Shown here: positions 28,301 through 41,598 of the stretch, piece by piece
Position numbering within the stretch: position 1 is the stretch's first letter
How the letters are laid out: every line of letters starts with the position of its first letter
Assembly: GCF_006345805.1 (NCBI RefSeq)
Contig: NC_043021.1
Coordinates: 27,032,001 to 27,096,000, forward strand
DNA length: 64,000 nt
DNA from: Octopus sinensis
Lineage: Eukaryota
Direction of reading: 5' to 3'
Notes under the pieces: model-generated
What the model saw: only the letters and a program-made list of their open reading frames with translations
What the model was told of the DNA's origin: nothing
Databases searched by the model: none
Program-made: the position numbers and the translations under genes

Positions 28301-29129
28301 CATACATACATGTATGTATATATATACATATACATATATATATATATGTATACACACATATATACATACATACAACACATCATACATACATATGATATAC
28401 AGATCTGGGTGTGCATCTTTGTGTTTGTGATTTTCTCCCCACCAACTGCTGTCAACCGGTGTAAGCTTGGTTACGTCCTCGTAATTTAGCTGTCTGTCAA
28501 GTGAGTCCGATCGAATAAGTACCATGCTTAAAAAATTCAAGTACCGGGGTGATTTTTGTTCGTTTAAACACGTCAAGGCAATGTTCCAGTATGGCTGCAG
28601 TCCAATAAGCAAAACAAATAAAGAATAAAAAGATAAAAGATATATACTTTGACATATTTATTTGGTTGCGTATAAGGGAAGAACAGTAATTCATCCTGCA
28701 TTTAGAGACATAAAACTTCTTTAAAGTAAACAGAAGAAAAATTGAGTGACAGGATTATTAGTACTTTAAACATTTTGAAACACGAGAAACTGCAGGACGC
28801 GGAGAGCCTGATTTGCTTAATTACAGCTTGTTTTTAAAAGTTCTCCTTCAGAGAGTTTCAGCTCAGTTGATATTATTTGGGAGACGCTGACATGATTTTC
28901 TCATACTTGACTACAAAATTTGTTCATAATCCTTATTTCTTGCTTTTCTTTAGTAGTTGATGTCGACGTTTCAATTGTTGTTGTAGTTTGTTGACTCAGT
29001 TTTCCATTTACTAACGAACTATTGAGATGAAATCTAAATAGTTTTTCCAGAGCTTTATTCGTGGCTTTCCTGTATCTTTGTTTTCTTTGCCTTCTGCATA
29101 CAACTAGCAAGCTCGTACACAGACACACA

Positions 29130-29178
<49 letters not shown>

Positions 29179-29216
29179 TATATAGATATATACATATAGT
29201 GTATATGTGTATATAC

Positions 29217-29255
<39 letters not shown>

Positions 29256-29350
29256 CGTATATATATGTATATATGTTTATATAAATGAATTTACATATAC
29301 ATATACATATGTATATATATATGTACATATGTGTGTATATATATGCATGC

Positions 29351-29382
<32 letters not shown>

Positions 29383-29487
29383 GTATATATGTATTATGTA
29401 TTATGTATGTATATATATATATAATATATATATATATACAAACGCGTGTATGTTATATACATATATATAAATATGCATATGTATATA

Positions 29488-29536
<49 letters not shown>

Positions 29537-29822
29537 ATATATATAATCTTTCACTGTGATATCTGATTTAGATTTTATATTTTTCTTATAATTTAATTCA
29601 GCATTCCATTACCAATGGAAAGGCGTAGCAGTAAAACACTGTATTCTCGCTATTTTTCTTCTCTTTTCGGAGACATTGAAAGGAGCTGTCAGATTCGTTC
29701 CATTGTGCCGAAGTCTCAAAGAGAAATGGCTTTAAACTTAATTACATTCGACGTCATATTTCGCACCTATTGATTAGTATACAATGCAATAAAGAGATGA
29801 GACTTGTGTCTTTGTGGAAGTG

Positions 29823-29905
<83 letters not shown>

Positions 29906-30039
29906 GTCTATGTATGCTATATATGCAAGTATATGTTTATATAGATACCTATGATATATATATAATCTACACACACACACACATATATATATGTATATAT
30001 ATATAATATATGTATATTTTGATTTTTTTTATTTGATTT

Positions 30040-32995
30040 TTCCAGTTTCAGCTTATGAGCTGTGGCTATGCTGGGGCACCGCCATTTGGTGTTGCTACTT
30101 GGTTTCACTTCATGAAGGCTTTCTAGCAACTGCTATTTGGTGCATGAGAGAGTTCGATGCAGCTGCCCTCATCTGCCCCTCCTGCCGTGAAGTTGGTTCA
30201 TCTGGGACACCTGACAGGAAGAGATCCAGCTTCATTTTAAAGACATCTGTAATCCACCCCATGCAGGTCTCTCAGGTTCTTCGGGAGGATATTGAAGAGC
30301 TGTGGGCCTCGGAAGCCCAGCTATCACAGAATCTTGTCCTACATCTTGATGGCAAGTTTGGAGTCCTAGGCACCACACAGTGGCGCCCAGTTCTGGCATT
30401 TGCGTAACTCTCGATGCCAAAGTTCAGGACACTTCCCTCCAGGATCTTCCAGATGTATATTATGGCATATCTTTCCCGCCTACGCTCCAGGAATATAATT
30501 TTAATTTTCTGAGTCTTTCCCAGTAGCTTACATTCTGCATAGAGGCTATCTTCTTCGTGTAGCTACTTGGATCGCCTCGAGCTCTGTGATCAACTTGACA
30601 ATGGATGGTGACCATAACTGAGAGCAGTAGTCAAAGTGGCTTAGGACAAGTGTCCTCCAGAGGACCATCATGGTTTCTTGTTCTCTTGTTCTAAAGGTCT
30701 GAGGATCCATCCGGCCAGTCGTCTACATTTCATTGCCAATTTAGCAACATGTACAGAAAGGTCGCGTCATCACTCATGTAAATACCTAGGTCACGCACTG
30801 ATTGTGCCTCTGGGATTGCTATTCCTCCGGGACCAGTGTATTCATTGGTATTGCATTTAGTTTTGCATGCTGATAGTATAGAGCTTGAAACTTTTCAGCA
30901 TTGAACTGCATGCTATTCTTTTCGGCCCACTTGTATATTTTGTCTAGCTCACATTGCAGGTGTTTAGTGTCTCAGGGTTCTGTATTGCCTGTGAAACTTT
31001 TGTATCATCTGCATAACTTGTGATCGTGGCTCTCTGCGTGGCTGAGGGCATGTCTGAGAGGGCCATTATGAACAGTAGTGGTCCCAGAACAGTGCCATGC
31101 GAAAACCGCTCACTATTGCGTGTTAATGGAAGTGGCCCCCTTGGCCACTACCACCTGACTTCTATCTTTCAGAAAGTCATGAAGCCATTCTCCCAGTTTT
31201 CCAACTATGTTGAGATCACGCAGTTTGTGACATATCATTCTCCATGATCGACTTTATCAAAGGCCTTTGCAAAGTCGAGATATATCACTTCCACATTTGA
31301 GTGGTTGAGCAGCCATTTCAGCACCCAGTCATAGTGTTTAGGAGCTGAGTTAAACAGCTTCTCCCTGGTCGGAAACCATGTTGGGTGTCGGGCAGCAAGT
31401 CATTTTCTTCAAGGAAGGTGATTAGTTTCCTTCTGACTATTCGTTCCATGACCTTGCTGATGTGTGAGGTCAGAGAGATAGGTCTATAGTTCTTGGCTTC
31501 CGCTCTGCTACCGCCTTTATGAATGGGGCATATTTTACCTTCCTTCAGTTTCTTGGAAGTTTGCCAGCTGCAAGGAAGCTCTGAAAGAGGAACTGCAGTG
31601 GTCTTGCTAGGACTCTCTTACATGCTTTTAGGAGGATTGCCGGGAATCCATCGGGGCCAGTAGCTGAGTCTGTTTTCATTTCATCTATAGCCTTGATTAC
31701 ATCGTCTTCCTTTATATCGATGTAATCTATCTCGCCGCCTCTGATTTTATATCTGCAGTGGTAAAAAAGTCAGTTGGATTGGTGATTTGGAGATGCCGAA
31801 TGGGTGGAGTGAAAACACTCTTGAATTGCTCATTCAGTATTTCACTTACCCTCATTGGTTTTCCACTTACCCTCATTGATTTTATGTTGTCTATAGCCCA
31901 GGCTTCTTTGTCTGCTCTTTCCTTTTCATGGGAGAGTTTCAGACATTTTTCGATTTCCAACAGTTTTATTTTTAGGCGGGACTTTTCACTGCTTTCAATC
32001 TGTTTGTTTAGGTGATTTGAAAATTTTGTACGCCGTCTCATTAGAATTTTCCTCTCTCTGGGGATTTTGTTCTTGTGTACAGTGGCCTTTCTCTCTGGGA
32101 CATATTTGTAGCATATGGCTTGCATTACAGACATGAATTGTTGAAGTTTCACGTCGATGTCCGGCGAGGAGAGACATTCAGGCCAGTTTTGTTTGAGGAT
32201 CTCTTTCTCAATTTGTTTCCAGTTTGCCTTATGGTAGTTCAAGCTGGAAAGATTCTGGGGGTTTCTTGTAGGCTGCATGTCCGTGCTCTCTTTTGGCCCG
32301 TACATGGTCAGCTCTATCATGTTGTGATCCGAGAGTAGTGTCGGTGTCACTTTCACATTATGGATGAGATCCATGTCATTTGTGAAGCAGAGATCCAGTG
32401 TGTTACCTGCCCTGGTTGGTTGGAGTATTACCTGCTCCATGTACAGGGTGTTGATGAGGTTCAGGAGGGACCTCGCCTGTCCTCGTTCACATCTTGTCAT
32501 TCCTGGGAGAGAAAGGCCCTTGGGCCATCTGACATTTGGAAGATTGAAGTCTCCCATAAGAAGTACACTTATGTGTTGTTCTAATGTGGTTAGAACTTCT
32601 ATTTTTATAAGGCAGTCTTCAAACTTGCCCACATGGCTTGGGGCATCTGGAGGGCGATATGTAGCACACACAACTACATCAAGTTGCCTAATATGTACAA
32701 TTAGTGTGTCACACACCGAGTTTGAGTATGACAAGAGGACCTGGGTGTGAGGTCCTCACGGATGTACATAGCAACACCTCCATGACTCCTTTCTTCCTGT
32801 CGGTCCGTAGTACAGCATACTGGGTATGTGTAACTCCGCATCTGCTATATCCGGTTTCAGGTGCGTTTCCGTTAGTGCTATGCATAAGGCTTGATTGCAT
32901 GCAACAATCTCTCAGGAACGGGATTTTTGTCCTGTTACTGATGTTTTTGTAGTCCTCTGATGTTCAGTAGGAGCATCGAGGTGAGGTGTACGTTG
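30040..32995 (-). mobile_element. CR1-like LINE (APE endonuclease plus RT), degenerate
   Basis: LLLNIRGL, YRPP, MGDFNLP, NTLDLCFTN, LSDHN (ORF 31727-32734); YRPISLTS, YLDFAKAFDKVDHG, GTVLGPLLF, YADDTK downstream. Confidence 0.88.
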
Positions 32996-33107
32996 TTGCC
33001 AGGACTGTATCGAAGCAGAAGAAAACAGCGTATATAAAACAGGTATATAAAAATGCCATGGAGTCATTGTTAAAACATACGAAGGCTGGCTTCATCAAAA
33101 CTGAAAA

Positions 33108-34300
33108 TTGTGTAATGAAAGAAAAATTGAGAGAAGAAATGAACCCCCCAAAAGAAAAAGCATGAGGTGCAAAAAATTGTACGGTCAGTTTGCAAGAGAT
33201 ATGAACGCCAAGTCAGATATAGAGAACCGGTGGCTATGGATGAGGACGAGTGAATTGAAGATAAAGACAGAAGAACTCATATGCGCAGCTCAAGAACAAA
33301 TGTTAAGAACCAACTATGAAATTGGTAAAGTCAAGTACAATCGAATTAGATGTCGAAACAGTGATAAAGGAACTTGAGCAGGAACAAACCTATAAATACC
33401 TAGGAATAAATGAAGGCTCTGGTATCCAGCATGAATGTATGAAAGAGTTTAGGAAGGAATGTTATAGAAGAGTTCAAGCAGTCCTGAAGTCTGAGCTGAA
33501 TGCATATAATAAGCCATAAATTCCTTAGCAGTACCAAATGTTCTTTATAGCTTCAATGTGCTTGACTGGAATACAAGTGAAATAATGAAAATTGACAGAA
33601 AAATCTGCCAGCTACTGACTTGTAATAAGATGCACCATTCAAAGGTAGACGTGGATCGTCTTTACCTTCCCAGAGCTCAGGGAGGTCGAGGCTTGATCCA
33701 GCTTGAACTTACATACAAAACTTACATACAAAACCACCACAATCGGACTGGACAAATACCTTGAAACAACCAACGATTGGGTGCTAAAACTTGTTGAAAA
33801 ACATGAAAGACCGAAATAACTTCACTCTATTCTGAAAGAGAGCAAAAAATTCGCTCCTGATCTCTTAGATACCTACCAGATTGCTCAGGTTGAAGGAAAT
33901 GCGCCAACTGCAGCTGCAAAGAAAGTAAAATTAATTGCAAAGACAAAAGCAATGAAAAATTAACTAGCAGATGGGAACAGAAACCACTGCATGGCAAGTA
34001 TGTGGCCCGTAACAAACAAGCTGATGTCGACCAGAAACACACGCATCAATGGTTACGAAGCTCAGGGCTAAAAGCAGAGAATAAAGATTTGATATTAGCT
34101 GCTTATTAACCCGGAACTACCAAGCCAATGTGATAAAAAATGGAGCTGGCCCAAAATGCCGATTCTGTAGCGATGAGATTGAACTATAGACAGCCTAATC
34201 TCAGGGAGTAGAGTCTTAGCAGGGTGTAGAATATAAAGCAAGACATGACAGAGTCGGCCAGTGTTTACACCGGACAATATGTCGGCATTATAATATCAAA
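33108..34300 (+). mobile_element. Degenerate, rearranged R4/Dong-like LINE fragments
   Basis: KTEELICAAQEQ; YKYLGINEG; MHH..VDVDRLYLPRAQGGRGL; KPLHGKY; WLRSSGLKAE; RHDRV. Confidence 0.8.
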
Positions 34301-34622
34301 ACCGAAGGTTGTCCTTATGAAGGGCATGTGATTGGTTTTTTACCAATCCCACTTTCTTTTCCCCTTTTTTATTCTTAAAATGTAGTTTTTGCATAATTAA
34401 TTTGGTTTTTGCCTAATTAATTCATGGCAAATAATTTTGAAAAGAATAGCCGTATACACCCGAGCACCCGATGAGAAAGGACACTGAATGGCCACGAAAC
34501 TATTGTCGGGGTACATGCTACGCAAGCAGTGTCTCCTTTAGAAAACAACTGTCGTGTTTGATTACTTTTACCCTTCTTTTAACTTTCAGACGTCAGATTA
34601 AACACACACACACACACACGCA

Positions 34623-34720
<98 letters not shown>

Positions 34721-35124
34721 CACATACACACATACACACACACACGCATATATCATGAAGACAATCAACAAAAAACCAAAATAAATAAAACTCAGGAGAG
34801 CCAATATTGTATTAGTTTAACGCATAGAAATGAAACACCCTAAAATAATAAACTTCACCTGATTTGTGGGATAATTCCATGAGCGATTACCTCTACAGAA
34901 AATCCGGAGGGAGGGACCCTAAAATGGATGTGTAGGCTTATATCTGGTATTCACTGCGGCTTCGTGAATGCTGCGAACGAACTGACTTGTCTTCTTTTCA
35001 TGACATATGCCTGAGTGGGAAGATGGTGAGCGCATTTGGGCGTGGGCACGTGGTTCCAGAAACAGCCCAGTTCAAGTAACTCTCTCCTCAATATCGTCGA
35101 CCAGATTTATATGGAATCTTCTTT

Positions 35125-35470
35125 TTGACTTGTTTTCGGCCATTTGACTGCGGTTATGCACCCTGGAGGGTTTTACTCGAACAAATCGACTCTAAGACTT
35201 ATTTTTTTAAAGCCTAGTACTTATTCTATCGGTCTCTTTGGCTGAACCACTAAGTAAGCACAACGACACCGGCTGTCAAGTGGTGGGGGACAAACACAGA
35301 TACAGAGACACATACACATATACACACGACAGGCTTCTTTCAGTTTCCATCTAACAAATCCACTTTGATCCAAAGGCTTGGATCGGCGCGAGGCTATAGT
35401 CGAAGACACTTATATATATCGCTGTGGGAATGAACCTGGAACCATGTGGTCGAAAAACTAGTTTCTTACC
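35125..35470 (-). mobile_element. SINE family A, diverged
   Basis: Similar to 8463-8864. Confidence 0.7.
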
Positions 35471-35613
35471 AAGATGTGTTGAAATGTTTAAAGTCACAAG
35501 CAAATAACGCTGTCATAGAAGCTCAAACGGGAATCGGTGAGAATTGTGATAAAAGCGCTTTTACTTACAACTCAATTAATTCGTATAAAAATCGATAGAG
35601 TAATACAATATAT

Positions 35614-35746
35614 TATTTAAAAGGATTTATTTACATAAATATTGTACATATATTTCCACAATATATTACATTTAAAAATAATAATTACCTATCATTGCTG
35701 AAGGAGTAATATGTACAAGAGTTGTGTAAATAAATCCTTTTAAATA
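35614..35746. repeat. Short inverted repeat
   Basis: tatttaaaaggatttatttaca..ttgtacatat pairs with atatgtacaa..tgtaaataaatccttttaaata. Confidence 0.7.
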
Positions 35747-35783
35747 TTATACATGTATACATATATATGTATACATACATACA

Positions 35784-35845
<62 letters not shown>

Positions 35846-35864
35846 AATAATTATATATATATAT

Positions 35865-35896
<32 letters not shown>

Positions 35897-35899
35897 CTA

Positions 35900-36700
35900 T
35901 ACAATAATATGTTACATTACTCGGTAGTCAAGATAAAACTCTGAGTTTCAGATGCCGAAGTGGAAATCCACAACACCACCTTCTCTTCGGTTATCTGGCT
36001 ATTTGAAAACGCTATGAAAAAATACCGTTAAAAATGAAGGGAAATTACTCTGTTATAACTCTGCTTGCCTGCGTACTTATACATCGCTCGCATTTTTCGT
36101 CATAAAAATTATATAAAAATACATAAAAATATATAAAAATATATAAAAATATAAATTCTTCTTGGGACATAACATAGAAAGCTGTTCTATTGTTTTCTTT
36201 AGGGGACCAAAAACGTAACAGAAATTTAGTCACATGTGGGCATGATCCGAAAAGCTCTGTCCTTGTATTTAGACATGTAGTAGGGTCTAAGCTGCTTTTC
36301 CAGATAAGCCATCTCTCCATGTCGCATAGACCGCACCTTCCGCTGCCGTTAGTATAGGGCTTACATTTGGCCAAAATCTTCCATTGTATGTTATAATCGA
36401 CACCTTTATCTCTTAAAGACCAAATATGATTAGATAATTGTGTCGCTTTTCTTTTGTTCCAGTGCCTAAAGCTCAAAGTGTGGTTATTGAACCTGGCCTT
36501 GAAATTACCCTCTGTAAGGCCCACGTATTTCTTCGTCGAAACGGTGTCTTTAGTGGTTATAGAGTTTACGGTAGCTTCATATATGATGGTCTTGGACATG
36601 CAAGCTCCATTTAGCGGGCACAATTCTTTATTCCTGCATGAACAGCTGTTTTCTTGTTGTGTTTTTTGTATGTTATGTTTGATTATGTTTTTAAAATTGT
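35900..36700 (-). mobile_element. Penelope-like 3' fragment encoding a C-terminal GIY-YIG endonuclease with CxxC, in (TA)n
   Basis: ORF 36045-36623: CPLNGAC..IIYEATV..YVGLTE.NFKARFNNH..SF..LSNHIW..CGLC..E..LN. Confidence 0.85.
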
Positions 36701-37256
36701 TATCTTACCGTTTTATCAATATATATCATATATATATATACTTATATATATACATGCTTATATATAAATATATATATATACATATATAAATACACTCACA
36801 CTTATATGTAAATACATATGTATATATATATAATTATACATACCTACATATACTTACATACATGCATATACATACATACACACACACTAGGCTTCTCAAA
36901 ACCAGAAAAGAAAAAGTTAACTCGAAGACTACAGATCCAATCCATCACTGGAACTGTAAAAATCTGTAAAACATTCCAAAAGTTTATCATTTTAATATAT
37001 ATGAGCATGTCAAGATATATACAAATATATGCATGAGAATACATACATAAAGCAAAACAGACAAATCTGCACACATACATACATACATACACACATGGTG
37101 CGTAAGATATTTGAGGACGGATTTAAGTTTATATAAAACAGATATATAATAACTGATAATAACTTCCTTTATCAAAAAATGCTATGAGGATAAAATAATC
37201 CTTCTTTTCTATAATGTTCAATAAAGCCACCTTCAGCTCCAACAACTGCTTCTATA

Positions 37257-37635
37257 TTCTTTTACTTGTTTCAGTCATTTAACTGCAGCCATGCTGGAGC
37301 GCCACCTTTAGTCGAACAAATCGACCCCAGGACTTATTCTTTGTAAGCTTAGTATCTATTCTATCGGTTCTTTTACCGAACCGCTAAGTTACGGGGACGT
37401 AAACACACCAATATCGGTTGTCAAGCGATAGTGGAGGGACAAACACAGACATGAATAACAAACACACACACACATTTACATATATATTTACGGGCAAGTG
37501 GTTTTTACTATAACCTCGGTCCGACCAAAGCCTTGTGAGTGGATTTGGTAGACGGAAGGTGCCACACAGTGGACTGAACCCGGAAACATGTGGTTGGGAA
37601 GCATTCTTCTTACCACACAGCCATCCTGCGCCTAT
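37257..37635 (-). mobile_element. SINE family A with internal rearrangement
   Basis: Similar to 8463-8864. Confidence 0.8.
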
Positions 37636-37645
37636 GAGATCTAAG

Positions 37646-38640
37646 TCACCTACATGCTCGAATCAAGTGGTCCTGGTTCATTTTTGACATCACTCTGACG
37701 ATGGCAGCTTTCAAAGAATCTTTGCTGTTATGGATGTGTTCATTGACCTCTCTCTCAACAACGCTCCATATGTAATAGTCCAATGAACTGATATCTGGGG
37801 AATTAGGAGGCCAAATATTAGGGGTTTTGTGATCATGAAAATTTTCAGCCATTCGTTCCTGTGTGACTAGAGCCATGTGTGATAGCACAGAGTCTAACCG
37901 AAACACATATGGCCTTCCATTGCACACACTGTCAATCCTGGGCTTAACAATTATTTGCAGGACTTCAATGTAGGCAGTAGAGTTAACTCTAAAGCCTTTT
38001 GGAAAGAAGTAAGGAGGCATCACACATCCTTCATTGCTGACAACCTCTAAAACCATGACAGTTGCAGGAAATTTTGTATGCATAACACCTGGATCTTAAG
38101 AAAGGTCTGCACATAACCATCTGTTACTACTGTTAACTTTTTGACTTTGGTCGAAGTTTTTCTCGTTTGAGAAAAACCAAATCAAATCTTCTTCTGGATT
38201 TTTCAGTTTGTTTAAGAACCTTTTAAATCTGATGTAATGATTTTCTGTTCTTTTTTCTGACAAATTGACCTTTCCTCATCATACAAGACTTATATCTGAT
38301 GTCTTCGCGGACAACATTTCTGGCTGTTCCTTTTGACACATGGAGATCTATTGCAAATGACTTCATGGACTTTCTGGGTGATCAATGGTTTGGTGTTCAA
38401 TGGTCTGGTTGAACTTGCTGGATAAATTCAGGTGTTCCGATGATTTCAGAGCGTTTATGCTTTGATACTGGTGAAACGTTTCCGTCTTCAGTCTCTAGCT
38501 CCTTACAAACTTTGTAGACGACAGATCTGGCAACTTTTAAAAAGTCGAGATATTTCTAAATCGCTATGATCAACCTTTATAACCACAATAACTGCATGTC
38601 TTTTCATTTCTTGGGTAAGCTGAGTGTCTGGCATTATTAT
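37646..38640 (-). mobile_element. Tc1/mariner superfamily transposase relic (maT/DD37D-like)
   Basis: WFFSNEKNF, TKFPATVMVL.VVSNEG, GRPYVF.LD, WPPNSPD..LDYYIW. Confidence 0.8.
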
Positions 38641-38699
38641 TTTCTGTAACAAAGATTATATAGAGTTAGCAGAAAATGCAGCAATGACCCCAAAAATGT

Positions 38700-39410
38700 A
38701 TGTCCTCAGATACCTTACGCACCACCTCTCCACTCTTACTCCGACTCCTACTTCTCTTCACTCCTACCCATGTTCTCCTTCCTCCCTTCGTCACTCCTCC
38801 CTCGTAAACCCACCCACCCCACCCCCACAATTCCAACCCACCTTCCCTATCCTTCCCCATCCCACGCCACTCCACCCCTTACACCCATACTCACATACCC
38901 CACCTTTACCTCTACCCTCCGTCTACCCACACCCCACCTCTACACCCACCCTCAGCCTAACCCACACACCCCTCTTCATTTCTCCACTCCCGCCTCCCAA
39001 CACCATCACACACCACCATACCACACAACACACGACCACGCACACATCGCACTGATCACTTCCCAGACTCACATTTTCACACATACACGCTCACGTCCAG
39101 ATCACCAGCCCTCTTCCACACGCACATACAAACTCTCTTATACACACGCACGCGCACCTTCGTTTTGGGATCACCACCACTTTGTTATCTCCCCTTCTCC
39201 CTAGCTCTCCTGTGTGATCCTTCTGTCCGGTCTTCGCCATGATATACCGCTAGCCACTACAGATTCTTTATTTTCTCTCCTTGTTTCTTTCTGTGTTCCT
39301 TTCTGTGGAAGGGCGTAAGCTCGAAACGTTAAAGACTTTTTCACTTCCCGCGCGTTATACTAATACATCTGTTTGTTGTCTACACCACCTGTCTTCGTCT
39401 TTTGTGTGTG
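38700..39410 (+). mobile_element. Penelope-like 3' UTR relic with C-rich tract and degenerate hammerhead
   Basis: ctgtggaaGGGCgtaaGCTCgaaacgttaaaga at ~39303-39335; ends in (TA)n. Confidence 0.5.
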
Positions 39411-39439
39411 TATATATACATAATATATATATATACTAT

Positions 39440-39484
<45 letters not shown>

Positions 39485-40644
39485 TATATATATACACTAT
39501 AATGGAGAAAGCTGCTTATTAATTAGGTGTGTAGCAATTACTAAAAGTACTAAAAGAAAGCAATTATTAAAGGGTTGACCGTCGGGAAATATTTTTACAA
39601 ATTCACGTTCTAAGAAATTTCCTATAATTTCGATTTCTCAAGTTTATTGAATTTTTTAAATTCCAGTTTCTCGCATATTTAAATATTCATTGCATCCAAT
39701 TCATAAATTTAAATATTCATTGCATTCACCGCGGAGGATTCCATTTTTATTTGTAAAGTCTCACTTTCTCTTTTAATGTTTTCATTTTAAGTTTTAATTC
39801 GCTGTTTGGAAAACCGACAGTTTATTTTATTAATGTATACTTAATATTAAAACATTATTTATTGAATGGAAATTTTTAAAATACCCGTATATTTTTTGTA
39901 AAAAAATTTAAAAGTGATTTTGTTGTTATGGCTGTTTTGAACGCTATAAGCCTTACAGTAAAACTATCCGGACCGATTCTGGCCATTTTCCTTTTTAACT
40001 TAAAAACTATGGGAGGAACCTTTTCGGTAAAAAACACAAAAGAAAACAAATTGTAAATATTTTCAGAGGAAAAAGGGGAACAATTCAAAGGAGATTTCGC
40101 TGTTGTTTCTAGCACAACTCAAACTACCCTCTCTTTTCATTCTCACATTCATTTATGTTTTTTCAATATTTTTCTCCCATTAAACTCATTTTATGGAATG
40201 ATGAGGCTAAAGTAACACACACGTGATCCATTGGTAGAAGAAAAACAACAAAATAAATCCTAATCTGAATTTTTACCGCCATAGTCGCTTTGAAACCGCA
40301 ACCTGTTCGTGCTGCATCATTTTGTGAAGTTTTCAGCACATAATCTCAGATCAAGTTGCTTGCTGCGCAAGTACATCTGCGTAATTTAAAAAAAATCACT
40401 GTGGATAAATACCAGCAATGACCTTCTCAGAAACAATCGGGAGCAAGGAGTGGGGTTGTCAAAAATTAATAATTTCTCAGATTTTCGCTTAAAATCAAAC
40501 ATCAAAAATTAGTGTCCATAGTGCTAATCAAGATACGTTATTAAAGCGGCCTACAAAGGAACTATGGGCCTAAGGAATCTATTTTGTACTATTTTTTACC
40601 ATTCGTTATAGAGCTAAATTTCAGATTGAACTAAATGAAACTAA

Positions 40645-41019
40645 ATATCTTTGTCCTGCATTGCCTAATTATTTGCCTTTCCTCACTACTTAAAACTATA
40701 CCTACTGACTCAAAAGGATGCTACCTTCAGCCGAGTTTGAGCAAGACAATCACACAACCACAACTTCAATCGCTATTCTAACTGGACTTTTGGTGGTACA
40801 AATATTTGAGAATTCAGAACACACACCTATTAGTCTGAGTTATCCTGACAAAAGCTCCTCTAACTCTCTCTCTCTCTCTGTATATATATTATTGCGTCTG
40901 GGGAGAGTCCTTCTCCTTTAGTATCTTATTACTTAACACAATCATCGGTTCGATTTCCACTTATTTACTTATTTTTTCAAAAATTTTCGTTGCGTCTTGC
41001 TACCTTTTCAATAGTCATT
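40645..41019. repeat. Left arm of the long inverted repeat flanking the LIS1 fragment
   Basis: Near-perfect reverse complement of 41599-41980 (a few differences plus microsatellite length change). Confidence 0.95.
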
Positions 41020-41290
41020 CTGTAGGACTTCTGTTGCCACGAGTCGGGGCTCCGGCATTCACCTCTTTCTCCGCTTCAACTAATTTTGATTCAAGGTCCA
41101 TCACCTTTTTCTGTAGTCGGATGACTGAGGTCCACTTCTTCTCAAGTAACCCAGCATATTTCTTGTCAATCTCTCCTGGCATTTCTGTCTCCTTTTGGAA
41201 TGCATCTAAAGAGTTCAGGTATCCATTGGCACTAAGATAATCCGCAACTGCTTTGTTCAGTTCCTCACGCTGTCTTTGGGAGAGTACCAT
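41015..41290 (-). pseudogene. LIS1: Intronless, 3'-truncated copy of LIS1 (PAFAH1B1): LisH plus coiled coil, 91 aa, open frame
   Basis: [50 protein letters not shown] matches the LIS1 N-terminus; accATGg Kozak; stops where conserved EWIPRPP would continue; no WD40 region seen. Confidence 0.92.
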
Positions 41291-41598
41291 GGTGTCGAAA
41301 CAGTCAGCAAGATACACACCACTTGCAACTTTTCAATGCAAAAAAGCTTATCGCTCGTGTATGGAGTGTGTGTTTCAATTACAAGACGGAGAGAGGAGGG
41401 GGGGCTTGTTGACTTATTTTAGCTTTAATCCAAATAACATCCAAAACTTAACACTTTTGGTTAGGCCACATTCTCACGAAATTTTGAGAAAATAAACAGC
41501 CATGGTAGTAAATATGTTGGAAGAGTTAATTAGATAATTGTTAACTAATTAAAGTTGGAACAAGACAACTGCCACTGTCACAAACAACGGGTGACGTC

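Noticed and set aside
34850-35110. GC-richer island, possible exon or RTE fragment
   Set aside because: No sustained ORF or recognisable motif on either strand.
41015-41317. LIS1 segment as the first exon of the functional gene, or a start at 41317
   Set aside because: No convincing splice donor at the break, similarity stops exactly at the repeat arm, and no WD40 exons were recognised downstream. 41317 is a non-ATG start; the conserved Met is at 41290.
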